A stretch of DNA of 64,000 nucleotides from Chrysomallon squamiferum. Taxonomy: Eukaryota > Animalia > Mollusca. Shown here piece after piece: positions 26,933-40,809 of the stretch. The notes under the pieces are model-generated. The model was not told the origin of the DNA, made no database searches, and saw nothing but the letters and a program-made list of their open reading frames with translations. The DNA lies in the NCBI GenBank assembly GCA_012295275.1, contig CM022677.1, positions 10,416,001-10,480,000 of the forward strand, written 5' to 3'. How positions within the stretch are numbered: the stretch's first letter is position 1; every line of letters starts with the position of its first letter. The position numbers and the translations under genes were made by a program.

Positions 26933-28039
26933 TTATAACAAAACAAACCCACCAAAACAACATTACTTTTTTGACATAAAGTCATTTGATAGTCATTTAA
27001 AATATACATGAAAATACTATGTCTGATTGTAAATATCTGTGTTTCTAATTTTATCATCCTTACTGCATGAAAAATTATTCTGCTTGTATTTTTATTTTTA
27101 GATATGAAAAGTAAATTATTTCAGTCATGTGTTCTTTCTCTTTTTCTTTTTTTTTAATCTTTATAAGTCTGCAGTCTAAAATGGCATTACCCAACAGTCC
27201 TGTTATTACAGAATCCATGTAAATATTTTGTTTATATTTTAATTATTTATCACATATTAACAGATATAAGTTGAAATATAGTGTTCTTGGAATATATCTA
27301 CATGTTTATATTGATTCCTCTTTATACAACTATATTGTATCTCTAATGTAAATTAAACTTTTGATTTTTGATTTTTAAAAGAACATTTTGGGTGGGAGTC
27401 TTACAAAGGTCTGTGTAATGTATTTATATTAATTTGTTTTTATTAGTTTACATATTAGAGAAGAAAAAAATTCACATTATCCGAATGTTTCATTCCATAT
27501 ACTAGCAAATGTTCATTCATTTTGTTGTTAAATAACAAAGTCATAAATTAAAAGTATCAAAGTGTTTGTGGTCATGTGTGTGTATGCATGTGCATGTGCA
27601 CATGTGTGTATGTGTGTCTGTGCACTTCTTTACTTGGTAGTTTGAATTTCATTTTAATCAGTAGAAAAAGGCAATTGTTATTATTATTATTATTACTGTT
27701 ATTATTATTATTATTTTGTAATGAAAGTCTTTGACTAGGAGTAGTGAGTATAAATAGAAAAAATACAGAAAGGGTTTCCAGATTAAAAGCCTTTTTTTAT
27801 TAAGAATATTAAAGGCTTGAGGTAATGTTATATTGATAACTAGAGGTAGAATGGTAAACTTTGACTTAGTAGTTTAAGTTGGTGTACAGAGAGACATGCA
27901 GTGTTAGTTTACACTGAAACACTGATTAGTTTGTAGTCTGTTTAGATCATCTGAGAATAAAAGTCATTAATGTAATATTTTATTATGTGTCTCTGTTCAT
28001 TTATCCTTTAATTTGTCTATCTTTTTACACATACATTGT

Positions 28040-29450
28040 TTTTGTGTGTTTGTGTGTTTTTGTGTGTGTCTGTGTGTGTGTGAATATTTGTGTCTGAGTG
28101 TTTATGTCTGAGTGTGTGTGTTTGTGTCTGTGTGCTTATGTCGGAGTGTGTCTCTGTATGTTTGTGTGTGAGTGTGTCTGTGTGTGTTTTTATGTGTGTG
28201 TGTGTGTGTGTGTCTATGTGTGCTGTGTGTGTGAGTGTTTGTGTCTGAGTGTGTGTTTGTATGTGTGTGTGTATCTCTGTGTTGTGTATCTCTGTGTTTG
28301 TGTCTGAGTGTTTATGTCTGAGTGTTTGTGTCTCCCTGTCTGTAAGTGTGTGTATCTGTGTGTGTGTGTTATTTATATTTATATAAAAGGGTATAACTGG
28401 TTTCAGACTTAAGATAATAAAGTTACATTGCGGCTCTAAAGCAGTAGAATGCAATACACTGTAAAAGAGTAATTTAAAGAGACATGGAAACAGATGGTTT
28501 GTTAATCAGAAAGAACAGATACATAGAGTGTCTCAGTGTGAATGATATATGTCAACTACAGTGTGTGTGTTTGTCTGTGTTTGCATATTATGTGTATATA
28601 CAAGTTATTGTTGGTGAGTATATGTCTGTCTATATGAATATGTGACTAGATTAAAAACTGACTTTATGTGTGTTTGTAGATATGCAATGTGTGTGTATGT
28701 ATATATGTATAGGTGTGTGTATGTGCAGGTGTGAGTATGTATGTGTATGTATGTGTGTATCTATGTGTATGTATGTGTGTATGTATATATGTATAGGTGT
28801 GAGTATGTGTAGGTGTGAGTATGTATGTGTATGTATGTGTATGTATGTGTGTATGTATATGTGTATGTATAAATGTATAGGTGTGAGTATGTGTAGGTGT
28901 GAGTATGTTTAGGTGTGAGTATGTATGTGTATGTATGTGTGTATGTATATGTGTATGTATAAATGTATAGGTGTGAGTATGTATAGGTGTGTGTATGTGT
29001 AGGTGTGAGTATGTATGTGTATGTATGTGTGTGAAACACAGGGTGGAGTTGTTGATTATTGCTGGTGTGTATATGTCTGTCTAGGTGAATGAGTATATGT
29101 GACAAGTTTAAAACATGACTGTATATGTGTTTATGTTTGCATATTAGCACATGTATGTGCATGTGTATTACAGTAATAGTACATATGGGATTGTGTATTT
29201 TATGACTATATGTACGAAACTGGGGTATGTTACATTTTTGTTCATGTGCACGTGTATGTATATTTATGTATATAATCTGTCTGTGAGACTGTTTATGTTT
29301 GTAGTGTGTGTGTGTGTGTGTGTGTGTGTGGTGTCTGTAATATTATGTATGTATGTATAATGTGTATTTTGTGTGTTGTGTGTGTGCGTGTATGTGTATG
29401 AGTGTTTTTGTGTATGTGTACGAGTGTGGTTGTGTGTGTGTGTAATGATG
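28040..29450. repeat. Compound (GT)n / GTAT / GTGTAG low-complexity satellite
   Basis: Long degenerate TG-rich tracts with a higher-order unit GTATAGGTGTGAGTATGTGTAGGTGTGAGTATGT at 28700-29030. Confidence 0.85.
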
Positions 29451-29514
29451 GTGAGAAGTTATGACAGGGTGTTCCTCTGAGACACTGTGTGGAGCTGTTG
29501 ATCAGGATAAATAT

Positions 29515-29545
<31 letters not shown>

Positions 29546-30299
29546 TTTTTGATATAAATAATCAGACTGGATGAGTGCAGGAGAGACTGTTTCAGTCACA
29601 GGTGACAACATTTGTGACAAACTGGAAGTTTCAGCTTGATGTGATTGTTGTGAAAAGAAAATAGATTCTTTGTGCTTAGATTAATCACTGGATTCATGTA
29701 TATGTGTGGAAGTATAGGATTGAAAGATGGATGGATGATGAAGTAAAATGGTTAGCCTGGTTAGAGATAGAGAGGGATGATACATTCACATAATATCCAA
29801 ATAGAATAACTCACTGAATGTGATAAATGCTGGACGAATGAAAGAATAAATGAATAGAAGCTCGTGTAGTTGGATGAGCAGATATGTGGTTAATTACAGG
29901 ATGATATAAAATATTTTGTTCTAATTGTGTGACAGCATAGAGTGTTGTGTGTGTATTTTATAAGATGTCTGTGAAGACAAATCAGTATTTCACATACTCA
30001 TTCTCACTATTTGAACACTTAACAAACTCTAAATATCACTAATTATTCTTTAAAATAAAATGACAAATATTTACATTTTACAAAGTGTAAACCATTAATA
30101 GAAAAAGATTAAAAAAATTATTTATTTTGACAAATAAATATTCTAAGTTTAAATAAGATATACAGTGAGTTACTGATCTTTATTAAAAGCTTCATGTAAA
30201 TTTTCACTGAGTTTTGTGGATCCTGATGTGCTTAAACAACACTGCATGTTGAGTGATCCATGTATACTGAGAACTAAGTTAGAAGCAGTTCATTATGTA

Positions 30300-31350
30300 T
30301 ATAGAAATGCTGATATGTGTATAAGAAAGAAAATGTTAGTATGTTCATGTGTTAGTGAGATAGGATGGGAATTTGAAAAGTTCATTATGTTTGTGTCATG
30401 TGTTTTGGAGATAGATAAAGGATGGGAGTATGTGAATTAGAGTGAATTATGTTTGTGTATGTGTTTTATAGATAGATAAAGAGATGGTAATGAGTATGTG
30501 AATTAGAGTTAATTATGTTTGTGTATGTGTTTTATAGATAGATAAAGAGATGGTAATGAGTATGTGAATTAGAGTTAATTATGTTTGTGTATGTGTTTTA
30601 TAGATAGATAAAGAGATTGTAATGAGTATGAATTAGAGTGAATTATGTTTGTGTAATGTGTTTTGGAGATAGATAAAGAGATGGTAATAGTATGTGAATT
30701 AGAGTTAATTATGTTTGTGTATGTGTTTTATAGATAAAGAGATGGTAATGATATGTGAATTAGAGTGAATTATGTTTGTGTATGATGTGTTTTATAGATA
30801 GATAAAGAGATGGTAATGAGTATGTGAATTAGAGTTAATTTTGTTTGTGTATGTGTTTTATAGATAGATAAAGAGATGGTAAAAATATTTTAGAGTTCAT
30901 TATAGTTTTTAGATAGATAAAAGATGGTAATGAGTATGTGAATATGTTAATTTGTGTATGTGATAGATAGATAAAGAGATTGAAAGATAGAATTAGAGTT
31001 CAATCAGTTTTATAGATAGATAAAAGAGATTGAATGAATATGTGAATTAGAGTTAATTATGTTTGTGTATGTGTTTTATAGATAGATAAGAGATTGTAAA
31101 GTATGTGAATTAGAGTGAATTATGTTTGTGTATGTGTTTTATAGATAGATAAAGAGATGGTAATGAGTATGTGAATTAGAGTTAATTATGTTTGTGTATG
31201 TGTTTTATAGTATAGATAAAGAGATGGTAATGAGTATGTGAATTAGAGTTAATTATGTTTGTGTATGTGTTTTATAAATAGATAAGAGATTGTAATTTTG
31301 TGAATTAGAGTTAATTATGTTTGTGTATGTGTTTTGAGATAAAGAGATAT
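30300..31350. repeat. 66-bp minisatellite, ~15 copies
   Basis: AGTATGTGAATTAGAGTTAATTATGTTTGTGTATGTGTTTTATAGATAGATAAAGAGATGGTAATG; period 30493 to 30559. Confidence 0.95.
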
Positions 31351-32094
31351 ACACTGGTGGACAGTAAATTGATTTTAGATTGAAACCTAGAAAGACAGAT
31401 TTAGAACATTAGATATAGACTGATAGAGAAATAGATGAATAAAAACTGTTGTGTGCAAATTTATATAAGTGAAAATCTTGTATTCTCCCAAAAAATTTCA
31501 ACTATAGTTTTGGATAAATTATGTGATATCAAATTTGTCAGATAAATGATTAGATAGAATCATTCAGTCCCAAAATTGACTGACTGATTGACTGATTTTA
31601 AAGAGACAGTTAACATTTATTCATCCATATGTAGGTAGATAGATGTGTTTGTCTGTGTATCTGTCAATTCAAAGACAGACAGCAGACACACACACAGGAA
31701 GATATACAAACAGGGACATTTTAGAGAAAGCTGTATGGTGGATGGACATAGGGGATAGACCAGTGGACAGAAAGTTTTTGTTTTGATTATCTGACATATT
31801 AATAGTAAAATAATTCCTAAAAGCTAAGAATACACAAGACATTTCAATATACTCAGTCTTTCAAGGTAATTTCTTTTTACAATTCTGTATATCAAATATT
31901 AAAATATTTCATCATTTATTCCAAAATTTACTGTCATTTTTAAATACATTTTAAATGTGACCAATTTGGAATGGTTTTCCAGTTCTGTTCTCTCTCTCTC
32001 TCTGTCTCTCTCTCTCTGTGTGTCAGTTTCTCTCTCTGTGTGTGTCTCTCTCTCTCTCATCTCTCTCTTTTTTCAATGTATCTCTCTCTGTCTG

Positions 32095-32184
<90 letters not shown>

Positions 32185-32754
32185 CTCTATATATATATAT
32201 ATATTTACACACATATACATAAACACACACACACATACACACTGTGAATATATATAAATATATTATTAATGGAAGTCTCTCTATCTTTTCAACATATACT
32301 GAGTCTTTCCTGTAAAGGTAAATATGCATTGCTCCATTTATAACTATGAATAATATTAATTGTAAAGCAAACAGAATATCTGCTTAATGTTGCCCTTTCT
32401 CACATTTCCTGTAATAAACCAGTTACGATTAATACATTATTAAATATTTTTCAATATTTTAGACTTCTCATAATAAAATCAAAGATATAATTAATTATAA
32501 AATTCTCTTGGAATATTACCGTAACCTGGCACCTTTCCACCTGATAATCCTATTTTAATGTTAATGTTTTCGTGGATGGCGTCATAATGGCGTTGTTCTT
32601 AATGTCATAAGATAAATTATGAGAGATTTTATTATATCAATTAAAATTATTATTAGATGTTTTATGTTGCTGAGGATGGCAACATTTTAAGTAGGGAAGT
32701 GTGTAGAATAGAGAAATAATAGCCATTGCTTCCTATTCTGTAAAGGTCAGATTA

Positions 32755-32966
32755 TGTAACGTGTTAAAGTAATTAGTGGGGAGTAAGTGCTAGCAAGATA
32801 GAGTAAGATGTCTGCCTCCTATTGGGAACTTTCATGTGACATGACCATATATGGCAATTTCTGCCTGGAATTTTTCGGGTGACGTTCTCAGAGCAAAATG
32901 TTTCTCTTTGGCCTTGAACATTGCAGGACTTAAACTATTGCTAGTGAAGGTGGCGCCACTGGTATA

Positions 32967-33006
<40 letters not shown>

Positions 33007-33271
33007 TTTGTGTGTGTTTTGTATTGGTTTGATGTTTTTAGTTTGGAACTGTAGAATTTTTATGATTTGTTTTTAATGAACCTGGTCAATTTGTTCTCCT
33101 TGGAGACGCCATTGTTACTATGTTGTAAATGTTAACATTGCTATATCAGGAATTACCTAGTATTAAAGCCCTTTAATTGGAAACCCCATCTTGTTTGTTT
33201 ATTCCTTAGACAGTTAGCTAAAGAGAACCGCTTGCTTCCACCCTCCGTTACATTTGGTGTCACAAGTGGGA
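32755..33271 (+). mobile_element. LTR (Gypsy-like) followed by a tRNA-Leu primer-binding site
   Basis: Perfect inverted termini TGTAACG (32755)...CGTTACA (33252), then TT and TGGTGTCACAAGTGGGA (33255-71), near-complementary to a tRNA-Leu 3' end (TGGTGTCAGAAGTGGGAT). No gag/pol seen. Confidence 0.7.
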
Positions 33272-34974
33272 CTATAAGGCGGTTAGGATTAAACTGGTAT
33301 TTGGAAATAGGTGAAAGACAACCAATACCCTCACCTGACCAGGCCTACAGAAGATTTGATGTTGATGATTATGCGAGACTACATGTTTGATGACACAAGA
33401 TTCCTAACTGAAGAGAGATACCTGATGTACATGATTCCAATCTGATAAAAAAACATTTACCTTTTTTTTTCACGTGAAGACTGAATGAAAATAGTAATAA
33501 TAACATGTTTATTAGGATGTCAGCATTCACGTTAATATTAAGTTTAGAGGATGCTATAACTATTGATAAACATTACTTCAGGTCTACCTGTAGTTTAGAT
33601 TGCGTAGCATATGCCATTGACTAATAGTTCATAAGTTAATAAGTTTCCTCAAGAGACACTTATTTTGATAATTATGCCTACCAAAACCAGCAAACTGTAA
33701 AGAAGTCAGAGCTAGAGGAGGGGGTATTATTTTTCTTTAAAAATAGAGAAATCAATTAATGTGCTTTTTTTAACGTGTTCATTTTTATATATATATATAT
33801 ATATATATCAATAATGTCCTTTTTTAAATTAATAACACTGCATTTTATTTATTTTTAAAAACAAAGAAAAAACTCATACATATAAATTTATATTCAGCGA
33901 AAAGAGTGGTGCGATTTACACATGAAATTTTACTACAGTTGATATGGGTAACTGTAAGTGATAACAACGATGATATTTACTCATACAGAAAACCCGAGTA
34001 TTGAGAAATACAGAGTGTACACCAGAATCTTGCTACATCGCAGTTCTAAAATGTGCTCCAGTTTTGTTTATTATCTTATAATGGGATTTTGTGTCAGCAT
34101 GGTCCAGCATGCTTCGGTAGTTATAAAGATTTGTTCGGTATCATTCGTCATTTTCCGGCTGCGAACGCAATCGCATGTAAAATTATTATTATGATACAGC
34201 TGAATGACAAAATTAGTATATTTTTATATTGTCTTCGCCTCAGAAAATGTTTATAAAGGGTTGTCATTTATTTCTTTATTTATTGAAACTACTGTCGTAA
34301 TCGAGACCTGTCTTCAACTCGCACCAGACCGTTTTACTCTTCAACGATGACGTTGTATAACAATAAATGTTCGCTTATTTAATATTATTATTTATCTTCA
34401 AAACAGAAATCCTACTTTTAGAAACTTGGGTCATGGTGTAAGATTCTAATCATGTTTATGTAAATAATTTTCAGTTTCATAAACAATGGAAGTTTACTAA
34501 ACATTTCTTTCTTTTTCTTTACAGTAAAGTAATACATCTCAGTTTGAAAATATTTTACGGCTTATAAATGTATTTAAAATTACTATGGTGTGTGTGTGTG
34601 TGTGTGAAGTTAATATATTTTCTTTCATTTTAATTTTATTTCAATTTTTTTCAACGAATAGTGAACATTATTCTTTTATTCTTTTACATTATTTTCATTT
34701 TTCATTTACATGGTATTCATTTTATTGTCATATTTTTTCTTTTCTTTTTCTTGTCCTCTTTTCTAAATGAACCAAAACGGATAATGTATTTGAATCTACA
34801 TTTGCTGAAAACAACTAGACAGACAGACAGAAACGTTTATCCATATGTTTAAATAAAATATATATTTTGATGGATTAAATAACTATTTTTAAAATGTTAG
34901 TTCAATTAATAAATTAATAAACTATAATTATGTCTTTTGAAAAATAAACGTTACTAGTGTAATACTATCTCCCA

Positions 34975-35060
34975 TGCACATGCGCAGTCTATTTAGATCT
35001 ACGTCACCGGATTTAATTTCGGGTATAAATAAAACATTTAACGATTTTACGTCAGTTGAC
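34975..35060 (+). promoter_or_regulatory. TATA box plus initiator core promoter
   Basis: TATAAATA at 35024 and TCAGTT (Inr-like, A at 35054) exactly 30 nt apart. Upstream TGCACATGCGCA (NRF1-like) and ACGTCA (CRE half-site). Confidence 0.5.
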
Positions 35061-35221
35061 ATTTGAATGCCAATATCAGGTCACATTTGTTTTATTATTA
35101 TTTTTGTTTTAAATAAATGTATTGTTAGCAATTTAATTTTTATAATTGATTATAATCAATAATAGTAGTTAACTCTATATTTAATTAGTATTAATAAAAT
35201 ATTATCGTTATAATAATTATT

Positions 35222-35421
35222 NNNNNNNNNNNNNNNNNNNNNNNNNNNNNNNNNNNNNNNNNNNNNNNNNNNNNNNNNNNNNNNNNNNNNNNNNNNNNNN
35301 NNNNNNNNNNNNNNNNNNNNNNNNNNNNNNNNNNNNNNNNNNNNNNNNNNNNNNNNNNNNNNNNNNNNNNNNNNNNNNNNNNNNNNNNNNNNNNNNNNNN
35401 NNNNNNNNNNNNNNNNNNNNN
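35222..35421. other. Assembly gap (200 N)
   Basis: Run of N. Confidence 1.
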
Positions 35422-36146
35422 TTGTTAAAACTCACAGAATATGTTCCTAAAAATTTCAAAATAGGTGAAATAGACTAACTAAATTACTAAATAATACAAT
35501 ATAGTGTGCTGTAAAAATTATCATACAAAATATAAAGGAATGTAATGGAATGTAGTAATAGTTAAAATACAGCAGATGACAAATAGACAATATAATGCAA
35601 TTCTGTACAACAAATCACAGCAGAACATACACAACAAAACAAAATTCGACTCAACATCGCATAATATATAATACATGTTTATTTTATTATTTCAGGAGAA
35701 TCTTTGCAAGCAGAATGCTTAGATAAATACATTTTAATAGTAGTAGTAGTAGTAGTAGTCGTAGTCGTAGTAATAATAATAATAATAATTTTCAGACTGT
35801 TCATGATTATAATAATGATGATGTTAATGAAATTATTCGAAGTAAAAACAGACAGCATTTGCAGTGATGCAAAATAGTGCAGCAGTAGTTGCAGTAACAA
35901 TAGTAGTAGTAGCAGTTATAGTATTAACAGTAGTAATAGTAGTAACATTATTAACAGAAGCAGTAGTATAGTAATAGTAGTAGTAATAGCAGCAGCATTT
36001 GTTTTTCTTTTCTTTTTTCTTTGTTTACTTGTTTTTTCCTCTTTTTTTTTCTTTTTCTTTCTTATATATATAATTTTTTTTTTTCCTCAGATCATATAAA
36101 TGTTTTAAAATATCACAAAGAAACAATAATTTATTTATATATTCAG

Positions 36147-37009
36147 GAGATGTGGGACAGAAGTGCTACAAGGATTTTAAAAACGTGGAATGTGCTAGAG
36201 CTGTTTGCGAAAAGAAATGCAGATGTAAAAACGGGACTGTTACGTCTGATAGCTTTCAGAGTTGTCTCCCTGGTAAATAGAATCTTTAACCTGAGAAATA
36301 ATAAATAAATACACAAATAACTAAGTAAATAACTAAATAAATAAAGTGATAATATTACATTTTAACAACAGCAAGATATTGTGTTTTATGGCAAAGCGTA
36401 CAGCAACAAAATTTAACTTATTTGCGTACAGCAAAATAATTTACCATATTTGTACTGTAACCCAGATCTCTGTTATATACAGCTTTAATAATAATTTCTG
36501 GTCATTAAAGAAGAAGTAAATATACTTTCAATGTCCTATATAAAGTGAGCAAAATATATGTTGTATACTATTATTTGCAAGTGAGTTTTAGTTAGGATTC
36601 TATATTATAATTGTTTTTGTCTCAGGCAAATTTAACGAATATACGGAGCATGATTTAAAATAACAACAACAACATTTTTATTTATTTATTTGCGCACTGG
36701 GAGACAAATGTGACAGTCGGACTAAATGTGGACCGAAATATTCATACTGCAAACCGGAAATACGTCATGGTACCTGCAAATGTATTCCTAGTCACTTCAC
36801 TGCTGCAGACGGCAAGTTGTTAAAACAACGTCCAAACTGTGTGAAGGAATGGACAACAGTAGGGGAGGCTTGTGGTGGAATGCAGCGTTTGCGGTTGTAA
36901 AAATAGCTTCCGAGTTGCTACTTTGCTTGAACGTAAAACATTCTTTCTGCGAGGATACTGTATACACAGTCATGTGTAATTAGGTACGTTTTATTACGGC
37001 TTCATGTTT

Positions 37010-37050
<41 letters not shown>

Positions 37051-37449
37051 TTATTTATTTATTTATTTTTTTTTTTTTTAATCTCCTCGCCATTTGTTAA
37101 TTTTAAATCGAGGCTGGTAAGTAGTTAGCTTCTGGTTTGGAAAATAATAAACGTAGACACAGCCATTTTCAACAAGGGTTCAAAACCAGCTAAAAAAAAG
37201 AGAAGAATTATGGAAGGGACAATAAATATTTAGGTACATATGATAAAATTATAACTACTGCTGGGTTTTTTTTTTTTTTTTTTTACATTTCCCGGAATTA
37301 AGCCTTTAATAAAATTTACTTTTAAATTGTTCATCTGTTTATTTCAGTAGCATTCTCAATAGGAAAACGAAAAATATTATTACAAAGTTATGTAGATAAA
37401 ATGTGTTATAAATGACATTTGTATTATAGTTATTATTACTATTAATCAC

Positions 37450-37481
<32 letters not shown>

Positions 37482-37827
37482 GCTGTTATTGTTATTATCA
37501 ACTTCTAAGCATTTTTTTCTCTATACCTTATTCTTTTCAGATTATTCTGAATCTGAATATAAAAGCAACTGCATTACAACAACATCAACACTGGAGACAA
37601 CCAGCACATCAGTAACACATGAAAACCTACAATCTGTTACAACATCAACATCACCACCACTTATGGGAAAAACTGAACCTACACTGGCTATAGATAAATC
37701 AGCTACATCTACTACTACAGAGACTGAGCCTGAACTCCAACAGCTCAAACTCGTGGAGACCACACAGCAAACTTGTGATTTACTCCAACATGATGCTTCA
37801 AGGTCATCTTGTGTCACTTTGTGCTGA
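36147..37827 (+). pseudogene. Decayed paralog of the downstream Cys-rich secreted protein gene, with a Thr/Ser-rich mucin-like terminal exon
   Basis: Exon 36147-36272 (DVGQKCY..VECARAVCEKKCRCKNGTVTSDSFQSCLP) is a paralog of exon 45950-46090. Exon ~36695-36983 has a broken acceptor (TTTGCG), a frameshifting deletion at ~36880 and a TAA. Exon 37541-37827 is T/S-rich, followed in frame by a stop-riddled Cys-containing tail. The 5' part is presumably in or before the gap. Confidence 0.7.
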
Positions 37828-38337
37828 ATCAGAAAATAGTCTGATGGTGAATGATCAACAGAGTTTGTCTGATGCCAGAACTCAAAGTTAATGTTTGAAT
37901 GTTTACCAAACAAGAGAAATTGTTTTACTACAGGATAATACCAGTATTTTTGAAGCAGCAGCTGTATTAGGAATAAAAAAAAATAAAAAATAAAATAAAA
38001 AAAATTTAAAAAAATTTAACAGTAATAGTTTAAGTCATAAAAAAGATTCAGTACTATTAATATAATTAAAATCTAAAGTGAGCCCAAATAGACACAGGGA
38101 ATTAAAACACCTCATGTTTTTTTTTTTTTTAGATATATATTTTTTTTACCTACCTGATATATAACATATTGAAATACATAAGAGTGTTTTAAATATATTG
38201 AATATTCAGGATAATTTGTTTTGCAGAATGGAACTGTGATTTAGGACTTAACAGCTGCCAAAAGTACTCAGATGTAGAAATTATATAAAATGGTTTTTTA
38301 ATTTATTTTTGTGTTATCTATCTGTCACTATTTCTGT

Positions 38338-38421
<84 letters not shown>

Positions 38422-38830
38422 TTCTCTCACTGATGATCTGTAACATATTTTATTTTTATATTGATAACCAATTCAGCTGATCAAGATTAACAAAAACAAC
38501 AAAAACAACAAAAACTTCCTTTAATAATCAGTATAAAAACATTCCTGTTTTCTGAATCAATAATAATCTGTCACTGAGGTACGAGACATTCATTTCGGCA
38601 CTGCAGAGTAATTTTAAAACGATTTTAATTTTTCAATAAATAAATAAAATATTTAAAATACAGGTGTTAGTCAGGTAATGTTTTTTGTTGAACATTGAGG
38701 GACACACCCAGTCAGTATTTAGACTGGAGAAGTAGTGAAGTGTGACTATTTAATTTTCAAATTTTCTGTCAAGCTGTGATTCTTTTGATCTTTTATACAA
38801 AGGATTACTGCTCACACCCATACATAGACA

Positions 38831-38862
<32 letters not shown>

Positions 38863-39153
38863 CATTTATTCATTTATTTATTTTTAATGCATCTTTTTTT
38901 TTACTCTTTATTTAACATATTTTTCTTTTATTCAGAACAAATCCATTCTTCAGATTTTGAGGTGTGGTCATTAATATTTTTTTCTTGAATTTCGTTCAAA
39001 TCAGAAATTAGATTATATATGTTTTTTTTTTTTTGTTTTTTTGTTTTTAAGCGAACAGTAACATCTTACATGAACGTGTTTGTCATGTTATATCAACGCT
39101 GTGTGAACAATGATAGCTGCAGCCTTCTCTCCTTCATGATTTCTCATATTTAA

Positions 39154-39253
<100 letters not shown>

Positions 39254-39573
39254 GCACAAACACAATGTTTAGATATCCAGATTAAAATTTGTATATATAT
39301 ATATATATATTAATAAATATAACTGATTGGGAGCCCATATAATTAGTAATTAAATTAAAAAAAATATATATATATATATTATGCACGTAAGGAACCATTA
39401 ATTCAAAATCCAGAAAGCCGGGACACCAAGAAACGTGGGGAAAAATTAATATCTCGAAGAGATTAGTGGTATATAATCTGTCTGCTATGAAATTTTCGAA
39501 AAGGTATTAATTAAAAAGGGCTATCTTAAATTAAATTTAAAATTAAAATTAAAATTTAAAATACTTTGTCATA

Positions 39574-40809
39574 TACTGAAGTGCAAAAGAAAGTTTCCAC
39601 CTGAATATTTCTGTTTATTTATACAGTTTGTATAATGTATTTTAAAACTCCATGTAGTCGTAACGAACCATAGGCAACACTCGTGTTGATGTGTCCAAAA
39701 CACACCAAAAAACGTTATTCAGTATTTTGTGTGAAGTAGCTAAAAACACAATTTTCTTCAACTAGCCATGCAATTTTGTTCATAGCAGTATAACAGTCAT
39801 TGGTCATTGTGCAGAAAACATTTAGGTTTACAGAAAAACTCAAGTAAAATGCCAAGATTGTCCGCATCACAACGAGTGTGAGCCATTGGTATGGCACAGA
39901 TTGGGGCTTGGAGCAGTCATATTGCTCAAACCTTTGGCTGCTCAAAGCAAACCATAAATAGTATCCGTATACAATTTAACCAGACTGACCAGACACGTGA
40001 TCGACCCAGAAGTGGAAGACCAAGGGTGACCACCACACGAGAAGACCAGTACTTGCGTGTTCTCCACTTACATAACAGGTTCATCACGGTGACGTAATCG
40101 GCATCAGCAGGAACACAGTGATGAGGTGACAGCTTGCTGCTGGTATCCGGGCCTGTAGACCATTTTGTGGGATGTCCTTGACCCGTTAAAATCTTATGAA
40201 TTGTCTATGCTGAGCAAGGACAGTACGTCGCTGGCAACGTTGTAACGGTACGAGTGCTCTTCACTGACGAAAGTTGCTTCAACATGTTTTGTGCAGAGTG
40301 AGAATATACAGACGTGGAGGTGAACGACTGGCTCCACAATGCATTAAGAAGTCCAACCCTTTGGCGGTGGTGGTATCATTGTTTGTGGGGATCCATGGAA
40401 ACCTGACAGCTCAGAGATATACTGAGCAAGTTTTGCAAGCAGATGTCCTTCCTTTCAAATTGCAGCAAGACACCGCCAGACCACATACTGCCAGAATCAC
40501 TATTGACTTCTTTAACCACCATAACTTTCATGTATAGCTGTGTTGAACATCTATGGGACCAACTGGGAAGACGACTGAGACACTAACAACATCAACCAGC
40601 CAATCTGCATATGGAATTTTCCATTTATAACCCACACCTGTTTGAATGAATCAAACGCTGTTAACATTGTCGCTGAAGAATGTTTGTGAAGACACAATCC
40701 TGGGTGACATATCCAGTATCAATACACATTTTACACATTGTGCAAATGTTTTGTTCTTTTTGACTCATAGGAGTTATTCTGGGTGGAAACTTTATTTTGT
40801 AATTCAGTA
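39574..40809 (+). mobile_element. Tc1-family transposon, full-length but inactivated
   Basis: TIRs TACTGAAGTGCAAAAGAAAGTTTCCACC / GGTGGAAACTTTATTTTGTAATTCAGTA with TA TSDs. Transposase fragments IAQTFGCS...DRPRSGRPRVTTTREDQYL, VLFTDES, GNLTAQRY, QQDTARPHTAR, EHLWDQLGR, with stops and frameshifts. Confidence 0.93.

Noticed and set aside
28017-29360. Cys/Val- and His/Thr-rich ORFs resembling metal-binding proteins
   Set aside because: Products of (GT)n/(CA)n repeats.
31957-32329. SL/ER dipeptide ORFs
   Set aside because: (CT)n microsatellite.
35217-35459. 80-aa ORF with X residues
   Set aside because: Spans the N gap.
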